This document shows positions 47,055 through 60,445 of a stretch of DNA of 64,000 bases, piece by piece (the first letter of the stretch is position 1; each line of letters starts with the position of its first letter). This DNA is from Lytechinus pictus (Eukaryota). A program made the translations under genes and the position numbers. The stretch is taken from positions 20,214,001 to 20,278,000 of the forward strand of contig NC_087252.1 of NCBI RefSeq assembly GCF_037042905.1, in the 5' to 3' direction. The notes beneath the pieces are model-generated. The model had not been told where the DNA came from and ran no database searches. It worked only from the letters and a program-made list of their open reading frames with translations.

Positions 47055-50017
47055 ATGACTGTTCGGACAATTGCAAGTTTAGAGATCTACGCTTTCATCG
47101 CATTTATGACAACAATGATCATGGTGGTCACCACAGAGGATGGTAAGACAACACATATGGCCCAGAAGATGGTCTAAACCAAATTGTGCATTATTCAAGT
47201 AATCAGTGATAAGGCATATCATTACTCTATCTATTATGTAGTCAATACTACACTAAGTTCTGATTCTTCCACCAGATACCTGGGACTGATCATCTCTCCT
47301 GGAAAACCCACATTGACTCAGTTTTATCACGTGCTAATCGTCTATTGGGATTCATAATACTCTGCGTCCTCCGTATTATGTTTATACAATTCAATAGTAT
47401 TAATACCAATCTTAGAGTGTGGTATGCCTGTACGGCATCCCACAACCTCAAAACAGGTGGATAAACTTGAGCGTGTTCAGAGGACAGCCACTAAACTTGC
47501 ACTAAAACAACGTCGTGGGAAGATGTCCTACGAAGATAGGCTTAAACTTCTTGACTGGTCCTCACTTGCCTCCTGACGAGATAACCTCCTATGTTCCTTT
47601 GCATTTTAGTTTCTTCATGGAATTTGCAACTGTGAAGAGCTCAGTGCAAATACATGTATCTATATCAACCCCGCCATCCTGAAACACTTTCTTTCCGCCA
47701 TCTGCCCTCCAGAACTCATGTTTTTTTTTCTGTTCACCCTCTACCTTCCTTCCAAGAATTTGGGACACTCTTCCTTTAAGTGCAAGATATAATGCTGTTT
47801 CAACTTCCCCCTATTCTTTTTTCTCTTCTTTAAAGGGAGCACTCCTGTCTAACTCATAAATACCTTCATTTTCTTTCCATTTTATTCTTTATTACCTTGT
47901 TATTCATCACCTCATTATTTGTGGTATGATTTCTATAATGACATTTTTTAAAGAATTAATTTTGTATTGTGCAATATACGGAGCATGAATCCCTTCCCCC
48001 TCTTTTTCCCTCATTTTAGCTGGGCTGTACCTCCAGAACATCTGTACCAAATTTCAAATATTTGCCATTGCACTTTTTATTCAAATTTAATATGCCCGCC
48101 ATATATAGATATAACTTAAATAATTTCAAGTACTTTGCATATTTCATTTTAAGATGTGCATCCAACAATTGTGTTTCCTGTATGCTAATTTGATTCAATT
48201 ATATATCAGTAAACATTTGTTACGAAACAAGATTTTTATCTTTTTATCTAATTGATACTCAAAAATAATGTTTAATATTAGTACATGTTGTATGAGTTGT
48301 TATGACCGTCTCGGTACAGTTTAAGTTTATTTGTTTATTTTTTTAAAAGTCTTTCTTTTAACAAAACTGATGGGGGCACATAAAAATCTAAATATCATTA
48401 CTATTCTTTGTCTTTCATCGAAGGGGGCGAGGTTTCCTGTAATTGTGTTATATGTTGGGTGTTGGAGCCTTGTGAGTAAACATTTAAGAATGTGGAGGCA
48501 TGCTAATGCTGTTATCTAGCCCATTTCTCCTAAGCTTCCTTGTTGCTTTTCAGGCTCCAGTACCTTACACAAAGTTCATGCTATGTTTGTTTAGCATTAC
48601 ACATATCCTTTAAAGTCAGTCCGGCATGGGTATATAATTCCCCTTCTTTTATTTTGCCTGGCGTTACACAATTGTCAATAATTTTTGTATAAATATGTTT
48701 TCATTGAAATTTAATTACATGTAATTGTATATACCGGGATTAAAAATACTTTCTCAATGGATTTTCTGTGAGGGCTCGCATGCCTCTGGGCAATAATACT
48801 CTGAATTTTACTTTTGTGATCCCTGGCCCATGGAAAAACAAATCTTACTCTCTTTCTTCTTTTCCTTAATTTTCACTTATTTATGTTGAATTATTAAAAT
48901 TCAGATTGTATTTTGGTCTTTACATTGTAAAATTTGGTGTGTTTTTATGGCCAAACGAATAATAATAAGAAGACTATAATAGAATGAGGAGGCAGTGTAG
49001 CTCAGTCGGTTAGAGCGCCTGTTCCGGAAAAGATCGTAGATCTCAACGTGCGTGGGTTCGAGTCCCGCAGCATGCCGGAAGACGTCTAACAAAAAAACTG
49101 ATGCTAGCGTTGTGTGTTAACGTGCCTCACCGCTGTGTTCAGTGCGGGTGTGAATGCAGTTGGAAAACACTCCGTCCATCGGAAAGGACGCAAATGTTGG
49201 TCCCGTGTATAGGAGAGTCACAACCTATGCACGTTAAAACAAATACACTATTCGTCAAAGAGTAGGGTGTTCACCCGGTGTATTGCACCTGCCGGTCCCC
49301 GGTACTACAATACTGCAAGAATCTTCAGGATTGAAGGAGGCAGTGTAGCTTGAAGAAGAAGAAGAATGGCGTAAACGTATTTGATGGAGTGAAATACTCG
49401 AGTATACTGTGGGTTAGGCATGTATCACGTTGAAATTGTCATACAATTTTAATTAAAAAAAAACAAGCAAAAAACGTATATTACTTGTTTTTTCACGACG
49501 GAGTCAAACCTAGATAAAACCTCGGTCAAACATGATCATATACAATCGTCGCGTCGTAATTTTTTTTCTTCAAAAATGTGTAAATTTTATATGAGTTTTA
49601 TAAAGATTTCGTTCCATACCCAACTCAAAATTTGTGGCTCATTATGTACTCTGCTTTCAATTTGAATAATTCAATTTTTACTGTGCGCAATGTGAGGTAC
49701 CTATGGCATTCAGAATAGACAAAGTGGATAATAACAATGATTAAAAAGAGAACCGATATTCAAAACCACTCTCGGTTTATCTGTCGGTTTGCAACACAAT
49801 TCAAATTTAGATTTAAGTCGAGGGTAAAGTTAGTTTTAAGAATTGTTTTCTGGTGGGAAAATAGCCAGGTTCATATGTTTTGTTTTATTATTTTTTTTTA
49901 TAGATATTCCTGTGGGTGAGGTACTCATGGATGACAGGCCTGTCATTCTACGAGGATATGACGGTATACTGCAATGTCGAGTTAGAGGTGAACCATTGGC
50001 TGTCTTCTGGGAAAAAG
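47055..50017 (+). CDS. Ig-superfamily secreted or cell-surface protein, first coding exons (gene presumably continues beyond the window)
   Basis: Exon 47043-47142 (CDS from 47055) encodes the signal-peptide-like MTVRTIASLEIYAFIAFMTTMIMVVTTED and ends G|gtaag. Exon 49904-50017 encodes IPVGEVLMDDRPVILRGYDGILQCRVRGEPLAVFWEK, with the Ig B-strand Cys and C-strand Trp, and ends G|gtaagg. Phases match (1/1). A probable non-coding exon ends at 42325 (gaag|gtaagt). Confidence 0.7.
47275..47860 (+). mobile_element. Old CR1-clade LINE 3' fragment (intronic)
   Basis: Remnant KQVDKLERVQRTATKL..MSYEDRLKLLDWSSL with stops and frameshifts. Confidence 0.75.
48987..49366 (+). mobile_element. tRNA-headed SINE with a Deu/Nin-like central domain and (GAA)n tail
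   Basis: A-box TAGCTCAGTCGG and B-box GGTTCGAGTCC. Core GGACGCAAA..GGTCCCGTG..TGCACGTTAAA..AAGAGTAGGGTGTTCACCCGGTGT. Tail (GAA)5, with AGAATG on both flanks. Confidence 0.8.
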
Positions 50018-50028
50018 GTAAGGGCAGT

Positions 50029-50683
50029 GGTATGATGGGGTGTCCAAACTTCGCGCACTTTTCAAAAATATTCATCAGGCTTAAATTTTTTCACAAAATA
50101 TTCATAATTTATACAAAACCAATTCAAGAAATAGTTACCACATTGACGGCAAGATCGTAAACTATAAAATTATGGACGAAAATGTAAAGTAGGTCAAGGG
50201 GATTCGCCGGTATCGCGATCTCAAAATTCTATTCCGATCGGGGAATGCGCGCTGTGGTGGAAAAGGTTCAGAAAAAGTGTGACCTAACTTCGCGGACCAA
50301 AGTTTTCGTGGACATTTAAACAAAAACTCAAGCTCAAAAAGTGAAATATTTATATCAGTTTGATGGCAAAATGCTATAGAATCGGTTAGTACCACATTTA
50401 ACTCACATTTTTGATGATTTCTGCTTGCAAAATGGTGATATCGTGATGCTTGTTGAGAATATCTGATTTCTTCAAAACGGGCGCTAACGGTGACAAATTT
50501 GCCGATCTTTTGCCAATATTTTCATGAATACTGAACTCATCCCAAAGAAACTTACACCAAATGATAATTTTAGGTCGCTTTTCACGTTGATGATGTCAGA
50601 TTTTAAGGATATTGGCTAGTTTTTTAGATAATGACCGTCCGCGAAGTATGGACACGCGCGAAGTTTGGACTCACTGCCATACT
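50029..50683. mobile_element. Non-autonomous TIR element
   Basis: Inverted ends GTATG..GTGTCCAAACTTCGCGC and GCGCGAAGTTTGGACTCAC..CATAC. The motif is repeated internally. Confidence 0.6.
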
Positions 50684-50914
50684 GTCTTTGAATGATTGTT
50701 TAATTTATTGATTGTTTGATTGCATTTAATGCTCTTTCAATTTAACTTCATCAAAATTTATAATGTAAAGCTAAATATAAAACATAGCAATGGAAAAGGG
50801 GAGCCCATTGAAAAGCGAGGAACTGATTAAAATATATATTTCTTCCATGAAATTCAAATCGTGATTAACAGAGTTTAATAGAGTAGTGCAAATAATACTA
50901 TTTAGGTCAAGCGT

Positions 50915-51426
50915 TTTATATAATATACAAATAGCGAATAGGCATGAGTGCGATGGTGCGAGATTTCGCATTCGGTGAAAAAAAGATGCTCTATTCAACG
51001 AGGCTTTAGCCGAGTTGAATAGAGTGTTTCTTTCTTTCACCGAATGCGAAATCTCGCACCATTGCACGAATAAGAATATTCGCTATTTGTGTTGTACAAC
51101 GCCTCGGAATTAAGTTAGCGAAAATATGTAAAAACAAAGAGTTTTTCCTGCAGTAATCTATGAAAAGGGAGCAAAAATATGGAAAGCGAAAAGCAAAATC
51201 CCACAAGCGAACACTTCGGGCAGCATTGCGCATTTAGCCAGCAGGCTATACGCGTATTGCACCTGCATTTTTACTGAGCGCAATAAATTGAATCGTATTG
51301 TGACGTCACCTCCTAAGCCGTGCAACGGTACATTTTGGATGGTACGTCTTTTGTGCAACGGTACGAATGTTTGACATTCAGCCTCCAATTTGCTCGCGTA
51401 CAACAAGCTAAGTAGGCGTTGTACAA
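50915..51426. mobile_element. Long-hairpin element, possibly a Crypton-type non-autonomous element
   Basis: ~90-bp inverted arms (50915-51100) centred on CTCTATTCAACGAGGCTTTAGCCGAGTTGAATAGAG. A second inverted pair is TTGTACAACGCCT (51092) and AGGCGTTGTACAA (51414-51426). Confidence 0.55.
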
Positions 51427-52294
51427 CACTAAATTTCAAATAATGCTAGTATTGTCATATGTCTTGTAGGGTCGCTGACGACATGAAACATCAGTTCTGG
51501 GGCCTGTTGCAGAAAGCAAAAGTTGCAATCGAACGCAACTCAGATCAACCGCAACTTTGCGGGTGATATCTTACGCAACTTGCAATCTATCGCAAATCTC
51601 CGTTGCAGAAAACAAGTTGCGATCGATTGCAACTTGCGTTTGATTCGGGTGTGAGAAAAAATAAAAAATCTTCGTGAACGAGCCTGATATGATCGCGCGC
51701 TGTTTAACCCGCGAAAATGTTACAGAAATTCACTGCCTGCACCGGAATTTTCTGCAAAGGTAAGACAATGAATTTCGCCCGTACTTTCTAAATTATGTCA
51801 TTAATACTTATGTAAACCATGTAATTTTAGCATGAATTGATATTTCAAGTATAAAGATGCTAAATATCGTTTGACCATTCGAAATGATGATGTGAAATTG
51901 CGAAATTTAATGTACATTTCCCGTCTTGGCATCGTTGAAATTCTCGCACAGACCGAGTGACACATGCGATCGCCTAGCTTCCCCGGAGTTGTGGCTGTGT
52001 TGTCGTGTGGTCATGGTGGTGACCTGTGGCTGTTGGGCGTTGCATGTGTAATGTCTAACGTTAATGATGGTGTTTGTGCGGCCCCATTACCGACTCCCGG
52101 TAATATTTTATTAAATGTCAGATACTTTTGTTAATTAAAGAAGGCCTACCGGTACCTAATACACTATAGGCCCTACCTATAGACACACGTTAGATTCGAG
52201 CAATTCTCAATGACAATGTCTGATTGTACTAGGCCTACCTAGTAGTACTAGTAGTACTAGTACCGGTACTAACTCTAAGTATGGCAGTCATGGC

Positions 52295-53188
52295 AGTGTA
52301 TCCTATTGCCGGACACCTTTATTTCAGTGCTTTAAAAATGACAACTAGAGGAAATACAATCAAGAAAAATTCACACTTGCTATTCCAAATATTATGAAAA
52401 TTATGAATATGATAGGCCTAGGCCTACAATTATTTTATATTTACCAACTGTTTTCTTTGCATCGGCCATCGCACTTGCTGCATACCCCTCCACGAAAAAC
52501 AATTATTTTCGTGCGCGACAAATTACATCATGATTCCGGACGCGCGCCGGACGGGTAAAGATATCCTTGATTATATGATGTAAGAACAAATTTTTGTGAT
52601 TTTTTTTCTTCTTATATCATATCATGAGTAAATTCTAAATATTATTTGCTTTTTTTATATCGAATCTGAGCAGATGTTAGTAGGAATAAATTCGTGTTTG
52701 ATAACTTATTTTATTTTGTCTTGTTAGCTGCATGTTCCATGGCACTTTCCAATAATAATATGTTCGCGTTCGTATCGAGACGCTCATCAAGTTCTATCGA
52801 TGCACTGCCGATCGACGGCTCTACTCACGGTAAACCTCGCGCACGGGTACCTTGAGAACTAGCCGTCGACGATCACCCACAATACACCACACCTCATCAT
52901 TCGATCGAAGGAGTGGACGAGATTGAAATTCGGCAAATCATGCCATATTTCCGTTAGAAAATATATCAATTGTTAATACAAAACTATGTTATATGATATT
53001 TTAAGCATTTTCTGTCATTTTTAGAGATAATTAGGTAGAAAATGGATTTTTCGCCTTGTTTTTGCAATCTTGTTCTATGTATTGGTCTGTGAAATTGAAT
53101 TGCGGAAGTCTTGTGGTACGAATTTGTTTTAGAACGCAGTAATATGCGCGTCCGGAATCATAATAGTGTCCGGTAATACAATACGTGA
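52295..53188. mobile_element. TIR element nested in the first intron of the Myb gene
   Basis: Inverted ends GTATCCTATTGCCGGACAC and GTGTCCGGTAATACAATAC, plus TGATTCCGGACGCGC (52531) and GCGCGTCCGGAATCA (53146). Confidence 0.55.
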
Positions 53189-54913
53189 CTATACTAGGTC
53201 CACATCTAACTAAGACTAAGTTTGGTCTAAGTTAACTGTTGTTAACTTGCACTTGCGTATCAAAAAAAGGTTTACATTACACTTTGAAAAAGCCCTGGGA
53301 ATAATAAAAATGTACATTTGTCTGTAATTTTTTCACATATAATCTTGCTTGGGTTTGGGCATGGGTGTCTCCCCCTCCATTGTATTTCAAGTGGGGGGGG
53401 GGGGGGGTGGCCTGTAATGTCCCCCAATAGGGTAGAAAAATTATAATGATGAAAAAATGAAAAGTTTGATCATGATGATTATACTATAATACTAGTGATT
53501 ATGCCATCAATCAGTTTGTTTCCCTTGCAATTCGTGTATATTGTTATTATTATTATTAAATAAAACATTCTTTTCCAGGACTTTTTTAAACAGATGGGTG
53601 GAGGTTCAAGATGAAAAAGAATGAAATGTTTATGTACATGATATTTTTTAACACATGAATGACATAAAAGGACCCCGACAAAAAACAACTTTTGTTGATA
53701 CTGATAGGGTGTTCCATCCCACCAGTGGTGAATAAATAAATTTTAATAAATCAATTAATTCAAAAGGGTGGAAAAATAAACGGGAGTAAAAGGGTGGCAA
53801 GATAAACGGGAAAAAGAAACCCCATGGACGTAAATCCCAGAGGGGTGGATCTTGAAAAAGTACAAATAACTTTTCTCAGATTTACCCCTCCCCACATCCG
53901 AGTGCATGATGTTTGTTCCATTTAATCTACAACCCTTTTGTCTTGAATATCACTTCATTTTTGTTATGTAAAATAAGTAAATCACCAGGCATCGCAAATC
54001 ATTTTTCACTAACTTTTCAAAAGTAAGTGGTGATCACTCAAGCAGAAATATTTTTTGACAGTTATATCGTCATTTGCTTTAAATGGATCTGTACCAATGT
54101 TAAAATATTACAAATGTATAATTTTACAGGTTTTTTTTTTTCAAAGTGTAAGCTTTTTTTGATATGCACCGTATAGATCAAGGGTAAGGCCATAGCATAT
54201 AGTAGGCCTAGATTTAAATCTAGAGCTAGATCTGTAGTCTATGCTATAATAGTAGGCAGTACATGTAGCTCATCCGGCCTTTTGGGATGGATGAGCTTCT
54301 TGTGGCGTGGCATCCGGCACCTGTGGACAATTTCAAAATGCTTGTTCTTCGTCATTTCAAGTTCGATTTCAATTCAGTTCATGCTGTTTGCTTTTAGATC
54401 TAGATCTTGATGATAGATAGCACTAGGTCTACAGTAGGTTGGGGATTCAAAGCTACACAGAATTGAGACCAAAAGCTTCGATGACTGTTATTTCCGCTGA
54501 ACTCCGTTGTTGGCTCCACTTATTAGAGACCGAAGTCTCTAACTCGGTCTGTACAGGGACTCAATGGCCATATGTTTGTCTATGTATTATTAAGTTCGGA
54601 TCAACCAGGAAATTCATTTTGGTCCAGTTCTTTTCTTATAATATATTTTTATAAAATAAAGACAAAAATCGATGAGCCCCGTCGGGGGGATTTTGCATTG
54701 TTAACCCCCTCATGGTGGCTGCACGATAGCAAGCCGTCTGTGGCTATGTACGGTGAGAAAAAAGTAAAAATATAACTTGAAAAAATCCTTGAAACAGATG
54801 GCTGCCAGCTGTCTAAACGTAATTTTGAAACTAATTAGGTCTAACATTAAATTTTATAACTGTTTCCTTTTTCATTTTGTTGCAGATTTCACAAGTTTCA
54901 AGCCAATACAACA

Positions 54914-57900
54914 ATGGTAAGAATTAGTGCCAGCCTCCCAATATATGAAATGTTTACATCTTTGTTTTAGAATGTGATCTAATACGGTATATTCTATATG
55001 CACCAGCTCACCAAGCATTGCAATTTCCTTCCTCTCTTTGGATAGACATTGGTATTTTTATAGACTTTGTCAAAACATTTTTTATGATGTCTCAATTTGC
55101 TTAGAGATTTAGAATAGTGTTTATGTACATGTACAAGTGATCGTAATTCACATTAATTTGTGTATCAAATTAAACAACTCTTCTCAAGTGTTACCATGAC
55201 TCCACGTTAAAGCCGAAGCAACCTTAAAAATTAATTTGTGTGAGATATTGAGTGAATGCATTATTATGAAATGGCATGGAAAGTTAGAATGCCAGTTCTC
55301 TGTGCAATCACATCATCCTAATTGCCAGTACATGGTTGAGAAACTTACAATTTTAATGGATCCATATTTTTCCTTGTCTAATTTGTTACATAATTTTTTT
55401 ATATAGGAAGGTGACAAGAAAAAAAGACGAAGAAATTGGCATGATGGGGAGGTACACTGCCTGTGCCAATTTGTGCAAAAGCACAAATATGTGCTTTTTG
55501 GCAAGGCTGGCCATGCTAGCGTTCCGGTAAGAAAGATCTTCCTTATTAGCTATCATCATTTTCACAGTAAAGATTGTAACTTTATTCCAAGGTGGTCATA
55601 ATATCTCAATGGATTTCAATTTGTAAATTATTTGTTTCTTTTAGTTCTGCGATCCGTAACACAAAGGTTTGCGATGAATTGCAAAAATGAAAGAAGCGCA
55701 CCGATTGGTTCCCGATCAGTATTTTAAACAGAGCGTGCATGCAATGATGTTCTTGCTTGGTCATTGGTATTTAGCGATTGATTGCAGTTTGCGATGGATT
55801 GCAAATATGAAACCATATGGAAAACTAGCGGACAGAAGGTCCTCGCTGCACGCGCGCACCCTTATAACACGCAGAATTCCCTTGCATCATACCCTTTTTT
55901 CACAAACAAATGTGTATCAAGGACAAGCTTTGATTCAGATAGAATTTCCGCCCCCCTGAAATGAATGTTAACAACTTCTTCTATCAGATGACCATATTTT
56001 TTTTTACATTCAGTTGGTGGGAAATATGGCACTTTATTACATTAAAATCACTCAAAACCATCCATAGTCAGGAATATGTATTGGGATAATGGGTTAGGGG
56101 GACATTTTTATAGTACCCGGGTGGATTACATCCGTCGTCACATCGGTGGGTGATGATATCAAGAATTTCCGCCCAGATTATAATAAAGGGCACATTGTAA
56201 GGCAAATACTCATGAAAGAACCATGGAGATTGGTTGATAAGGAAATAGGGCACTTTTATCATCAAATCAGAGGAGATTTTCTTTGTGATAGTGATGTCCG
56301 AAGAGCAAACCTACACTCGACGTGCATTCAACAATAATAGGGCTGGACAGAGCTTTTTTGTACGTCGGTGTGTTGTTCGAGTCACAGCGGTTTTCTAGCT
56401 CTTTCCATTGCAGTGCTGAACATTTTGTTAGGAATATATAAATATATATACCTTGTCAGTCCGAACTATGTATATAAATATATCAGATACCATTATTTTT
56501 GCCAACAAAAATCAATTTTATGCTGTGAAAGTTGGATATGTCTCTGGATATTGTGACGGGTCCATTATGTATACGAGGGGTGCATCCTAGCTTACCACTG
56601 CATAGGTAAGTCTGAAAATTAAGTTTTGCTTATTCCTTTCACTTTATTATGACGTTTTTAATGTTCAAACAACGATAATTTATGAAATTGACACAAAAAA
56701 TTACGCTGAAACATTATTTGTGTATACATATATCCCTCTGTAATACTATTTCCCCCATAAAGCCGCAATGGAACATTCTGCACCACTAGTCATACGATGA
56801 TCGCGAGGTCTGCAAACGTCGTCTGCTATGTTTTTACATGTCCGGTACACTGTATGCAAGTTTTCGATATGAACCGCACTGATTGGTCCTTGGTCAGTAT
56901 TTTAAACCTAATGCGCGTGTAACATTGACATTGATTGGTCAGTTCATTTAGCGATTGATCGCTAATCTTTGTGTTACAGAGCCCTGGAGATTAAACCTAT
57001 GAGACTTGAAACAACTCTGTTAAAATTGAGAATGATAATATATTTGATTTAAAGAAAAATCAGTTTGATTTCTGTTTATGTTAAAATCCCAATTTTTCTC
57101 TGGAATACATAATGTATGTGTTCATTTTTCATTCACCCATTAAATATAGTTTGTGGGTTTTTTGGGGGGGTCAAACTTTTTTAGTCTTCTAAGTATTGGA
57201 CTTGGCTTTGTCCTCAGATTTGCGAGCATGGGTCTTAGCCTCGAATTAGAGCAAGCTGGTATCGGATACAAAATTGCCAGAATAGGGGTACAGTCGTCAT
57301 TCCGAAGGTTCGTTAGTCCAAAAACACAATAACATTTGTAATTCTTAAGGTTCGTTGGTCCAAAAATGCAATAAGGTTTGTTAATTCAAAGATTCGTTAG
57401 TCTGAAAATGAAATAAGGTTTGTTAAAAATTAAAATGTATATTTTTTTCATGTTCAGGTGGAAAAAAGAAAAAAAAAGTACTGGAGAAAGGCAACAGCGA
57501 TACTCCGGGCTAACGGCTACCAGCGGGAGGAGGAAGAGATCATCCGGAAGTGGGCCGACCTGAAGCAGAGAGCTTTGAAGTACAAGGCTCAGCGAAACAT
57601 GACAGGTAATGAGCATGATCGATGATCAGTTAAGGGTTAACACCTTGTTGGAAATTTTTAAAAGATTTTTTTATAAAAATTGCTATTAAAGTAATCTTTG
57701 ATATCTCTGGTTTCAAAAATTTCAGTTTTATAAAGATTGATGATTTTGAAAGTACTGGAATAGACCATTTTGTTCATGAGGTTGATGTTACCTCTCAACA
57801 CGGATAGACATTTCTACTCAAATTCAATTCACTCTAGTTTTATTGTTTTCAAAGTAACTCCTATTTTATTTTGATATTCTTGCATTCTGAACATTAATCC

Positions 57901-60445
57901 ATCATCAAACATAAACTAGTAGAACAAAAATTTTAGGAAGTAAATTTTTTTGGTAGGTGCTGATATTTTGATATTTTGATGGAATTGATAAACATTACCA
58001 AATTTTTGAAAACCACTTTCTATCTTGTCCATCCCTGATATGGCACGTTTATTTGATACTTGTGTTTGTAGGTTACCATGGCAACAAACTTGTTTTCAGC
58101 ATACTTTGTCCTACATGTACCCTTAACTATAATATACAAAGGAACCGTGCTCATCTTATTCCTAATTTCTCAATACAAGCCTTCAAAATTTTCAAAATCT
58201 ATCAAATGTCCGTACGTGATGAACTGATAACTCTCTAATGTAGGAGTATCTTTAATTGAAAATTTGTATCTTCATTATTACTTTATAATATACCCTGGTA
58301 TATATATATTATGATGTAGTTTAAGAAATACATGTTAAGCAATCTGTTTGTATAGATACACAGGTAAACCTCATTGGTATTATACTTGTTATTTGTAGAT
58401 ATTTTATCAATATTATCAGTTAACTTTTTTATCATAATGTATGCATGAACTGGATATACTGTATGAATCAATTCTTCTCTGATTTTGATTTTAACCTCCC
58501 TAATAAATTCTTGAGTGAAATATTTTATTGCTGGAGGGATGCTATGCTCAAAGGAGTTTGCAAATTATTGTGGTGTGTTTACTGGTTGGCATAAATATAT
58601 AAATGCTAATATTTTAATGGTCTTCTTTCATCAGTCAATTTTCTTATATTGGATTTGTTTTTTTATCCTTGGAAAAAAAAAACCCAAATTTCATTTTCAT
58701 CAAGGTAATGAGCAATTTATAATGGATATCAGTTTGAGATTTAAACTTTGACTGTTATTGTTATTGCTACTAATGCTCTTGCTTTGAGATATTGATGACT
58801 TCATTTTTTGTGTATTGAAAAAAAAACAGGTGGGGGCAGCCTTGAAATTCGGCCCACGTTAGAGGCTGTTCTGGAGATTCTCGCAAGAGAAACGGTGGAG
58901 GGGGTAGTCGGGTCCTCCGACGAAGCAGGCTTCAGCTCGTCCCAAGTAAGAAACTATTTCAATTTTGAAACGGATATTACAAAATTATGCTCAACTGCAA
59001 TTACTTGGAATTTTGCTCTCCATGTTTTGGAAATATGTAAAAGAAATTTGCTCAAAGAATATTCTGCACTTTCTGTTATTAATTCCTCATTCATATTAAG
59101 CAAAACACATCAACATATCTGTAGTGTTTCAATGTTTCTGGGAACAAGTTAGCTTGTGTGAAAACAGAAAAACCAAAGAAAAGATCCAATGAAAGTGAGA
59201 AAAATTGAACAAATAATAAGTTATGACCATCTTCTTATTGCTGTTCCAATTGTTCTCAAACTGTCATTGATCTTATAATTTGATTGTTCCGTTTTCATAC
59301 AACATGTACAAGCAAACTCTCTCCTTTAAAGTTAGATGTAACGATTGTTCTTTTTGCCAGTAATATGCAATTTAATGGGTTTTTTTTCAAATGATCCTTT
59401 TCATTTTTACATTTCCTTTGTCATCTCCTATATCCATCTCATCTCCACCATTTCTACCCATTGTACACATACATTTCTTGATTTATCATGCAGTGATGTA
59501 TACTTGCATTCCTTTGCATTTATTTTCATGAGAGTCAAATAAAAACAAATAGAAATCATTGTTTTGTGGTATAAAGTCAGTAGTGTGAAGTTAAAATTAC
59601 TTCATTTTATTGTTAAACCACAATATTAGGTTAATTGAGATAATACAAATACTTATGTGTGAAAATATTTAATCATCATTTAAGACTAAATGCAAAACAA
59701 TAAATTCATTATGCACTCTACTATTATGTTGATAGCAATTGTTCAACCATAATGATATATAAGTGTTGTATTCTGACAATTAAATCCATATTCCTATTCA
59801 TGGAATTAATGTCTCAATTTGCTGAAGATATTAAAACTGCCACTCCATAACTTCTGAATTGAGTGGTCTAAGTTAACCAGGGTTTAAAATAAAAAACTGT
59901 CTGAAGATAGATGAAATTTCACTTAAAATAAGGTACAAGTTGATTTTGCACTTAGACTGCTATCTAATAGTCTTATAATCAATTTACAGGTTTCTTTTAT
60001 TCATGCATTTAATCAAATGACAATGTTCATTTTTGCTTAGGACACAATAGATGGAGACAATGAGGCTTGCCTACTGTTTAGCAGCATGGCAGCAGGAGCA
60101 TGTTCATGCACCCCTGTTCCTGTCAACACTACCTCCGCTGCAGTCAACACCACCACCATTTCCGTCAACACCACCACCGCTGCCGTCAACACCACCACTG
60201 CTACCACAACCACTACCACAACTGCAATAGCTGCTGCAACCACCTCCGCCTCCACCACCAAGACCCCTCCAAGAAAATTGTCCCCAACTGACCAGCTTGT
60301 AGAGCTGGAGAGGGAGAGGATTCGACTGCTTGAGAAACAAGTTTCGCTCTCTGCAGAGCGAAACTTGTTTCTCAGTAGAATTGCAAATGCCTTAGAGGTC
60401 ATGGAAAAAAATGGCATTCAGTCATTGGGAATGATTGAACTTTAA
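54914..60445 (+). CDS. Harbinger Myb/SANT-like DNA-binding protein (NAIF1/MSANTD-like), 263 aa, 5 coding exons
   Basis: Exons: 54914-54916 (ATG|gtaag); 55407-55526 (EGDKKKRRRNWHDGEVHCLCQFVQKHKYVLFGK..); 57458-57605 (KKKYWRKA..REEEEIIRKWADLK..MTG); 58830-58945 (GGGSLE..); 60041-60445 (Thr-rich linker, coiled coil, TAA). All introns are GT-AG, phases are consistent and there are no stops. A 5' UTR exon donor lies at ~51760. Confidence 0.88.
57295..57430. repeat. ~44-bp tandem repeat, 3 copies, intronic
   Basis: Units of TTCCGAAGGTTCGTTAGTCCAAAAA. Confidence 0.7.

Noticed and set aside
48991..49077. Functional tRNA gene
   Set aside because: The D and T arms pair but the anticodon arm is aberrant, and the sequence continues into a SINE body and tail.
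1294..50017. V(D)J-like rearranging locus (RSS-like ends plus an Ig-domain gene)
   Set aside because: The RSS-like sequences are transposon termini with a TSD, lie ~45 kb from the Ig exons, and flank no gene segments.
60037..60445. Stand-alone mucin-like ORF, or antisense Val-rich membrane ORF
   Set aside because: This is the last exon of the Myb/SANT gene. The antisense ORFs simply mirror the Thr repeat.
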